Shown here: piece by piece, positions 58,148 through 64,000 of the stretch
How the letters are laid out: every line of letters starts with the position of its first letter
Position numbering within the stretch: the stretch's first letter is position 1
Assembly (NCBI GenBank): GCA_029243025.1
Contig: JAQWSU010000018.1
Span: forward strand, 25,558 to 89,557
Length of the DNA: 64,000 nt
Source: Pirellulaceae bacterium
GTDB lineage: Bacteria > Planctomycetota > Planctomycetia > Pirellulales > Pirellulaceae
Reading direction: 5' to 3'
Made by a program: the position numbers and the translations under genes
Notes under the pieces: generated by a model
The model's database searches: none
What the model was told of the DNA's origin: nothing
What the model saw: the letters and a program-made list of their open reading frames with translations, nothing else

Positions 58148-58500
58148 AGAACAGAGGTACCTCGCCACATCCCTACCGACTTCCCGGAAAACACGACAGC
58201 TATTTCCCAGAACATCGTCATTCTTATCGCAGCAGGAAACGGCTCACACCGGCGCAGATCAGCACCACAGCTTTACTCCATGTGATGGTTATCAAAAAAT
58301 GACGACCATGCTTGCCTTTTCCCGTCGTGCAGCCAGCGATCGCATCAGTAGCTGCTGTCCTCGCTAACGATTTCCTGAGAAACAGCTTCGAAACAAACAA
58401 GACCTACCCCAGACGCTTTACTCCCGAATCGCGACCACCTACCATGGCGTCACAGAAGTTATCAACGATTCCTGAGTTCTTGTTTGGAGGGAGAAATCTT

Positions 58501-59085
58501 ATGCGAAGAATTTGCACAACGCTTTTCACCACAACCCTGATCGCAACCCTTGCCGTTGCGGCTAGCAAGCCTGCTTCCGCAGCTGATGAGTATGATTACG
58601 ACCTAGTCCATTCATCGGTGAGCTTCAAAGCAAGACATCTCGACATCAGCTGGATTCATGGTCGATTCAATGACGTCGAGGGCAAATTCTCCATCGATCG
58701 TGAAAACCCAGAAAATTCTACGTTTGCGATCACGATCAAGACCGACAGTGTCGACACGGCCAACGAAGCACGTGACGAACACCTCCGGCAACCTGATTAC
58801 TTTGACACAAAGCAATTTCCAACGATTGAATTTAAGAGCACCGACGTCAAACCGATCAAAGATGGGTTCGAGGTGACCGGTGACTTCACCATGCACGGCA
58901 CGACTCGAAAAGTCACGATTGTCCTCATGGGAGGCAAGGAACATAAATTCGGGAAGACGAAACGAGTTGCCTTCTCAACTGAACTTGCACTCAAACGCAG
59001 TGACTATGGTTTTGACAAAAATGCCATTGGACCGATCGGAGATGAAGCGCTGATCATGATTGACTGTGAAGGCGTGAGCAAATAG
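58501..59085 (+). CDS. YceI-family periplasmic (polyisoprenoid-binding-like) protein
   Basis: GGAGGGAG RBS upstream of the ATG at 58501. Signal MRRICTTLFTTTLIATLAVAASKPASA. YDLVHSSVSFKARHLDISWIHGRFNDVEGKFSID...TIEFKSTDV...VTGDFTMHGTTRKVT is the classical YceI pattern. The track start is 58312. Confidence 0.9.
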   Translation: MRRICTTLFTTTLIATLAVAASKPASAADEYDYDLVHSSVSFKARHLDISWIHGRFNDVEGKFSIDRENPENSTFAITIKTDSVDTANEARDEHLRQPDYFDTKQFPTIEFKSTDVKPIKDGFEVTGDFTMHGTTRKVTIVLMGGKEHKFGKTKRVAFSTELALKRSDYGFDKNAIGPIGDEALIMIDCEGVSK

Positions 59086-59088
59086 CCA

Positions 59089-60042
59089 ATGCCCGATCCG
59101 CTCTTGTATCTCAAGGCGATGATAGCCGCCTCCATCGTCAGCGCCATCACGATGCTGACGATGGTCAAACTACGACGGAGCGCAAGCCAAACCTGGTTGA
59201 ATTCGGCAGCTGTCCTGGCAATCGGTCTCGGACTCACAGTTGGCTATTCCGTGCTGGCATTTCGATGGATCTGGCCACCCGCGAACGGTCTTGACCGTTT
59301 TTTGACGCTGGTCATTCCAGCCGTTCTCGCGATCGAATTGATTGCAGGATTTCAACAGATCCCAACCTGGACGGCTTGGGTATTACGAATCATTCTCGCT
59401 GGCACCATACCGAGAATTTTGCTGCACGGTTCGGTTTATTTGAATAGCGAGATGACCGATTCAGCAGCGTGGCAACTTGGCACCGTGCTGGCCCTTTGCG
59501 TGGCATTAGCGGTTGGTTTGTGGTGGCTGCTCTCCTGGCTATCAGTTCGATCACCCAGCATATCGATTTCCATGACGGTCTCGCTGGCAACCCAAGGTGC
59601 CGGCTTGGCAATCATGCTGTCCGGTTATATCAAAGGCGGGGCCGCTGCCTTTCCATTGGTTGCAACGGTCATCACAACGACGATCATGGCCCAACTGCTG
59701 ACGTGGCACATCAGAGAGCCCACCCGTTTGGTCTCCCCAACTGCTAGTCTTGGGATCGGACTCGTGAGTTTGTGCAGCTTGCTGCTGATCGGGTGCTTTT
59801 TTGGTCGACTCTCAACCAGCTCAGCACTCGTAATCTTGCTCGCCCCCCTGCTTTGCTGGATGACTGAATTTTCGCCGTTGCGGCAATTGAACCCATGGCT
59901 CGCGGGCTCAATTCAAATCGCACTCGTGACGATTCCGCTGCTGGGGGTCCTGGCAGTTGAGAAACACCAGTTTGACCGCGAAATGCTCCCCTTGTTGAGC
60001 ATCGTTCGGATCCAAGATGGCCTACCACATTCTCGGAACTGA
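59089..60042 (+). CDS. Polytopic membrane protein, function unknown (co-transcribed with yceI-like gene)
   Basis: 317 aa with about 9 hydrophobic helices. The start lies 3 nt after the YceI stop. Confidence 0.55.
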   Translation: MPDPLLYLKAMIAASIVSAITMLTMVKLRRSASQTWLNSAAVLAIGLGLTVGYSVLAFRWIWPPANGLDRFLTLVIPAVLAIELIAGFQQIPTWTAWVLRIILAGTIPRILLHGSVYLNSEMTDSAAWQLGTVLALCVALAVGLWWLLSWLSVRSPSISISMTVSLATQGAGLAIMLSGYIKGGAAAFPLVATVITTTIMAQLLTWHIREPTRLVSPTASLGIGLVSLCSLLLIGCFFGRLSTSSALVILLAPLLCWMTEFSPLRQLNPWLAGSIQIALVTIPLLGVLAVEKHQFDREMLPLLSIVRIQDGLPHSRN

Positions 60043-60218
60043 TTTCGTCGGGCGGTTTGATTCCACCCCCAACACCAACCGGCGAGCGCAATCAGCTCCA
60101 CATCTCCGCTAAAGACGGGGCCCTTCATCGTAGTCGCGCACGAGCGTCAGCTCTTATAAACCGACTCGAGGGATCCATCTCCCCGAAAGGAGATGGATTG
60201 TCTCCGGCACGTCCAATC

Positions 60219-61751
60219 CTAATCGATTCGTTGGAAATCGTCTGGACGCCAGGTTTTGTCAAACCATGGTTGCAGCGGTCCGTACAACCGCAGTATGGCC
60301 CACCAACCTTTCTCAGGAATCGTTTGAATCCAATTTGACTCTTTTCCTGCCGGTGGCTTGGGGCCAAAGTAAAGATCAACCGAGCCATCGCTGTTTGTCG
60401 CGATCTTGTCCCGTTTGTCATTCTTACTCGGAAACAGTTGTCCCGTCTGGAGCTCGGACCGAGTCTGTGGATCGTAAACCACAACTGACCAGAAATCCTT
60501 GGCCGGCACATTAGGCGGTAGTCGCAAGCGATAATTCTTGCTCCCATCAAGGTATTGTCCATCTGCATCTGTCGACGCAACTGCATATTGGGACCCGGCG
60601 CCAACCATTTTCAAGACCATCGCTGGCGTATTGAGCGTGTAGCCGTAGAAGAATGCAATCCGAGCATCTAGATTCCGCCCACCTTCACCATCTGCAATCA
60701 ACCAGCGGTAGTCATTTCCTATAAACGCGGTGTACCACTGTCGATCTTCATAGTAAAAAGCGTCTTTATCCCGTGGCTTTAATGTGAGCGATCGAGCGGT
60801 TGCGTTACCAATCGCCGCGGCGTCGATCAGAATTTTCTTCATCCGCGCATCCGGCTGAAAGGGCTTTCCTTTTTGAATTCCGATGCTGGCAAGCGTGCCC
60901 CGTAATTCAGGATCAATAAAATCCACAGGTTCACGTTGAACAACATCGTTAACTTCATCGAAGTAGGAGACGTCGTTCGCATGAACCGTGTTAAATGACA
61001 CGCGTGACCCACTAACGAACTCCATTTTCGGTGGGTTATCTTTTTGGCGAAGCGGATAAACCTTCAATCCCTCTTTGACCGATTGCACCGCTGCATCCGT
61101 TTTGCCGTCAACGAGGAATCCTCTCAGAACCATTACATTGACGTTGGAAGGCGACCGCGCGACAAAATAGCCGTCGGGAACCTCACCCTCGTAGTCCTCA
61201 GGCAAGATGAGGTACTTGCCTCCTTTTCCACGGTCCGGGCCAGGCGCTCCCATGTCGACGACAAAACGAAAGAACGCATCATCCACAGTACTCGGGCCAC
61301 TCCCTTCAGGGACTTCCACCACAGTGGGCCCATCACGTTCCAAATCAAGCATCACGATACTGTAGACCGTATCCGTATTACCTGTGAGAAACAGCGGGCT
61401 CGAATCTAACAGCTGATCGAACATCAAGACCTGGTTAGATCGACTAACGCCAATCGTCTTCAACCCTCGACGGATCCCTTCCAGCGACGCCGCCGGGATA
61501 AAATTGAGAAACACTTCGGTTGCTCGAATCGTATCCAAATTGTCGTAAACTTTTTTGACCGTTTCGGAACTGGGAAACCCATCATAAAACTTTAAAACAC
61601 CAATACTGGTATCCACCGAAGAAGGGGTGAGGATCTCAGGCGGTATTTGATGATTAAAGCCAGCTGTTTTCTGAGCTTGCAACGATTGTGCTTGCAGCAA
61701 AAGCGAAGCGACAAAGGTAAAAACGAGCATTTTCTGCATCAACGACACCAT
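60219..61751 (-). CDS. DUF1254/DUF1214 domain-containing secreted protein
   Basis: Signal MVSLMQKMLVFTFVASLLLQAQSLQA. TPSSVDTSIGVLKFYDGFPSSETVKKVYDNLDTIRATEVFLNFIPAASL and ...DFWSVVVYDPQTRSELQTGQ...WWAILRLYGP are as in the COG5361 family. Confidence 0.8.
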   Translation of the reverse strand: MVSLMQKMLVFTFVASLLLQAQSLQAQKTAGFNHQIPPEILTPSSVDTSIGVLKFYDGFPSSETVKKVYDNLDTIRATEVFLNFIPAASLEGIRRGLKTIGVSRSNQVLMFDQLLDSSPLFLTGNTDTVYSIVMLDLERDGPTVVEVPEGSGPSTVDDAFFRFVVDMGAPGPDRGKGGKYLILPEDYEGEVPDGYFVARSPSNVNVMVLRGFLVDGKTDAAVQSVKEGLKVYPLRQKDNPPKMEFVSGSRVSFNTVHANDVSYFDEVNDVVQREPVDFIDPELRGTLASIGIQKGKPFQPDARMKKILIDAAAIGNATARSLTLKPRDKDAFYYEDRQWYTAFIGNDYRWLIADGEGGRNLDARIAFFYGYTLNTPAMVLKMVGAGSQYAVASTDADGQYLDGSKNYRLRLPPNVPAKDFWSVVVYDPQTRSELQTGQLFPSKNDKRDKIATNSDGSVDLYFGPKPPAGKESNWIQTIPEKGWWAILRLYGPLQPWFDKTWRPDDFQRID

Positions 61752-61889
61752 TCCTTCTTAATCATTTTCTAACAATTGAAATTCTCGAGCACCGCGTTAG
61801 CCATGGCAGAAAGCAGGCAAAAGAGTGAACCGTCGCAAAAAGGATAACATGCGTTTTTCGTTCTGTGAACGATAGGGCTAAGAATCGAC

Positions 61890-63650
61890 CTAAGAAGAAG
61901 GTTTTCGGACCACGAAAACCTGATCGGCAGCCACGTTGTCCCAAACCGATTCAGCGCCTCCCGGCCATCGCACGATAACTTGTTCAGCGACCTTCTGGGA
62001 GCCCAAACCAAAATGGATCCGAGGATCGCACGCCGATGCATAACTGTAGTTGACCATCACATCACGCCGCCGTGTTTTCCCAGCGACGGTCACCAAGACC
62101 TTGGCTCCGATGACATCCGATTTTGCATCATGATCTAAACAGCGGACCATCAGCCAATGGTTACCTTGAGTCCCCACGTTTCGGAGCAATCGGGCAGGCC
62201 CATCGTTATTGGAGATCAACACATCCACGGCACCATCGTTGTCGTAATCGCCGACAGCCACACCGCGACTCGTATAGGCTGAATGCATGGAAGATCCGAT
62301 TCGAGCGGTGATGTCTGCGAAGCTTGATTCTTGCTCCGACCATTGCAAGACAACGTCTCTTTGCGCGTAACTATTATCGGATGCGTCGATTTCACCTCCC
62401 GCAATCGCCGCACCATTGCCAATGTAGACACAAGGTGAACCGTCGTTGAACAAATCGAGAAAACAAGCACCAAAGCCCGTGCGAGCAGCGGTGGGTCGGA
62501 ACAGGCGAACTCGTCGCGTCGCATCGGTAAAAATCCCCTTGGTTTCTTGAAGATAGAGAATGGCTCCCTGGGCATGATAGTTCGTTGTAAACAAATCAAG
62601 ATGGCCATCGCTATCAAGATCTTCTGCATTGGTCCCCATACTCGCTAAACCAAAACCGGCACTACTGAGGGCACAACCGCTCTCGAGTGCCTGGTCCTGA
62701 AACGTCCCGTCTCCCTGATTGATCCACAATTGATTGGCCCAACTGTCATTTGCGACATAAACATCGACCCAACCATCATCATTGAGGTCGGCACAAATAA
62801 TGCCCATGCCAGCGCCAAACGCCTTATCAATTCCAGCGACGGCGGTCACATCGGTAAAAGTACCATCACCATTGTTGTGATAAAGAATGGCGGAGCGTGC
62901 CGGAAAAGATCTTGGTCCAACATAATCGCGTTGCCCATTCTTGGTCTTTCCGACAAGATTTTTTTCTACCGACCAGTTGACGTAGTTGGTTACAAACAAA
63001 TCGAGGAATCCGTCATTATCATAATCAAAAAAAGCCGGCGTAATCGCCCAGTTACCGTTCGCAACACCAGCTGTTTCCGTTACATCGCGAAAGGTTCCAT
63101 TACCATTGTTTTTCAGTAATCTCGAGGGCCCACCGACATTCGCAACATAGATATCAACAAAACCATCGCGGTTGTAATCACCGCACGCCATCCCCTGACC
63201 GTAACCCGTATCGCCCGCACCGCTCCGGGCAGTCACGTCTTCAAAAGTACCATCCCCGCGATTTCGATAGAGTCGATTCGGCTTTCCCGCCGTTTCCGGC
63301 TGCATCAAATTGCGTCCACTTTGCACGAAGTAGATATCCAAGTAGCCGTCGTTGTCGTAATCGAGAAATCCACAACCGGCACCACTAATTTCGGGGAATA
63401 AAAACTCTCCCTTACGAACCGCGTCATGCACGAAATTGATGCCCGCAATCTGAGTAACGTCAACAAGCAAATCAGAAGCGGGGCGCCCCGCATCCGCTTG
63501 CTCGACGGAAACATTCTCCTGACGACCACAGCCCACCGAGCTAATCAGCAGCAACGCAGCGAGCGTCATCTGGAGAACGAACGGTACGGTTACTATCTGG
63601 TCGATAAAGTCGTGATTTATTTCTCTGGCTTCAGGTGCTTTTGGAGACAT
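61890..63650 (-). CDS. CRTAC1-family protein: FG-GAP/VCBS repeats plus ASPIC/UnbV C-terminal domain (probable lipoprotein)
   Basis: Repeated FLDYDNDGYLDIY, GDYNRDGFVDIYVAN, FFDYDNDGFLDLFVTN, ADLNDDGWVDVYVAN, EDLDSDGHLDLFTTN and GDYDNDGAVDVLISN. C-terminal IGAKVLVTVAGKTRRRDVMVNYSYASACDPRIHFGLG...VIVRWPGG. Lipobox-like LLLISSVGC. Confidence 0.9.
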   Translation of the reverse strand: MSPKAPEAREINHDFIDQIVTVPFVLQMTLAALLLISSVGCGRQENVSVEQADAGRPASDLLVDVTQIAGINFVHDAVRKGEFLFPEISGAGCGFLDYDNDGYLDIYFVQSGRNLMQPETAGKPNRLYRNRGDGTFEDVTARSGAGDTGYGQGMACGDYNRDGFVDIYVANVGGPSRLLKNNGNGTFRDVTETAGVANGNWAITPAFFDYDNDGFLDLFVTNYVNWSVEKNLVGKTKNGQRDYVGPRSFPARSAILYHNNGDGTFTDVTAVAGIDKAFGAGMGIICADLNDDGWVDVYVANDSWANQLWINQGDGTFQDQALESGCALSSAGFGLASMGTNAEDLDSDGHLDLFTTNYHAQGAILYLQETKGIFTDATRRVRLFRPTAARTGFGACFLDLFNDGSPCVYIGNGAAIAGGEIDASDNSYAQRDVVLQWSEQESSFADITARIGSSMHSAYTSRGVAVGDYDNDGAVDVLISNNDGPARLLRNVGTQGNHWLMVRCLDHDAKSDVIGAKVLVTVAGKTRRRDVMVNYSYASACDPRIHFGLGSQKVAEQVIVRWPGGAESVWDNVAADQVFVVRKPSS

Positions 63651-63771
63651 TTTGTGTCAACTCGAAAAGTTTATGGGTCGTCAACGGCGACCCGCTAATT
63701 CATACTATCCGCTGTCGATCGATTCCGAAAGTTTCAAGCCGTAAGTTAGTCACTTGCAGCAAAAATGGTGC

Positions 63772-64000
63772 GTGACGTTGCCAAAGCCCAATCGAAAAAC
63801 GCAAAAAGATCTGAAAACCAGCCAACCTGATCCGGCAGCCCAATCCGCCACGCGCCGAACTCGATATTTGCTTGGCTTGGTTGTCGGCCTCATCGGCCTG
63901 ACCATTCTGGGCTTGCTGTTGTCCAACCAAAAACAAGGCAATCCGGCTAAAATTGAGCTTCCACCGCTCCGCATCGTTGAGATCGAAGGCAAGACCAATG
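63772..64000 (+). CDS. Possible 5' end of a membrane-anchored protein running off the window (hypothetical)
   Basis: Manual translation of the frame opening after TAA 63742-63744 gives ...PKPNRKTQKDLKTSQPDPAAQSATRRTRYLLGLVVGLIGLTILGLLLSNQKQGNPAKIELPPLRIVEIEGKTN. That is a basic stretch plus one clean TM helix. Candidate starts are TTG 63754, GTG 63772 and TTG 63778. The listed minus-strand ORFs here look like shadow frames. Confidence 0.3.
   Translation, partial: MTLPKPNRKTQKDLKTSQPDPAAQSATRRTRYLLGLVVGLIGLTILGLLLSNQKQGNPAKIELPPLRIVEIEGKTN

Noticed and set aside
1-64000. Search for CRISPR arrays, IS elements, transposases, integrases, prophage genes, toxin-antitoxin pairs and rRNA/tRNA genes.
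   Set aside because: Reading both strands, I found no spaced direct-repeat arrays, no terminal inverted repeats flanking ORFs and no recognisable recombinase, transposase or phage motifs. A software scan (Infernal, tRNAscan-SE, ISEScan, minced) would be needed to confirm their absence.

Overview
All calls rest on manual translation and motif recognition; no database search was run. The 64-kb segment is gene-dense, with about 45 protein-coding genes. Its gene content looks like a Planctomycetota (Pirellulales-type) chromosome, which is an inference from these families: a PVC-type CxxCH heme-binding dehydrogenase, Cys-type sulfatases, lamin-tail/dockerin/CotH giant secreted proteins, a CRTAC1/ASPIC FG-GAP protein and a DUF1254/DUF1214 protein. 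I saw no rRNA, tRNA, CRISPR array, transposase, integrase or prophage signature. Housekeeping or ordinary genes include pgi, a cyclophilin PPIase, a beta-carbonic anhydrase, a Gfo/Idh/MocA oxidoreductase, a DapA-family lyase, a cation/proton antiporter, an amidohydrolase and YceI. Five regions stand out. (1) 51078-58147 (+) is a tightly coupled six-gene operon with ATGA or 11-nt overlaps. It encodes a coiled-coil protein, a GT-B glycosyltransferase fusion, three consecutive radical SAM enzymes and an internally duplicated Asp/Trp-rich protein. This is my best candidate for an undescribed system. (2) 29941-41202 (-) is an envelope-glycan modification cluster with partial Arn-like logic: formyltransferase, GT2 fusion, GT-C/ArnT-like enzyme, SGNH-like protein, MsbA-like ABC exporter and FAD oxidoreductase. 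(3) 14411-14710 (-) encodes a small secreted protein made of CC dipeptide repeats, encoded by four 21-bp tandem units. It sits next to a second Cys-rich protein and downstream of the heme-binding dehydrogenase. (4) Two Cys-type sulfatases are flanked by inverted paralogous two-domain alpha/beta hydrolases. (5) A fumarylacetoacetate-hydrolase family gene is broken by an apparent 1-nt deletion. A giant minus-strand gene (1-4911) is missing from the ORF track because its stop lies beyond the window edge.
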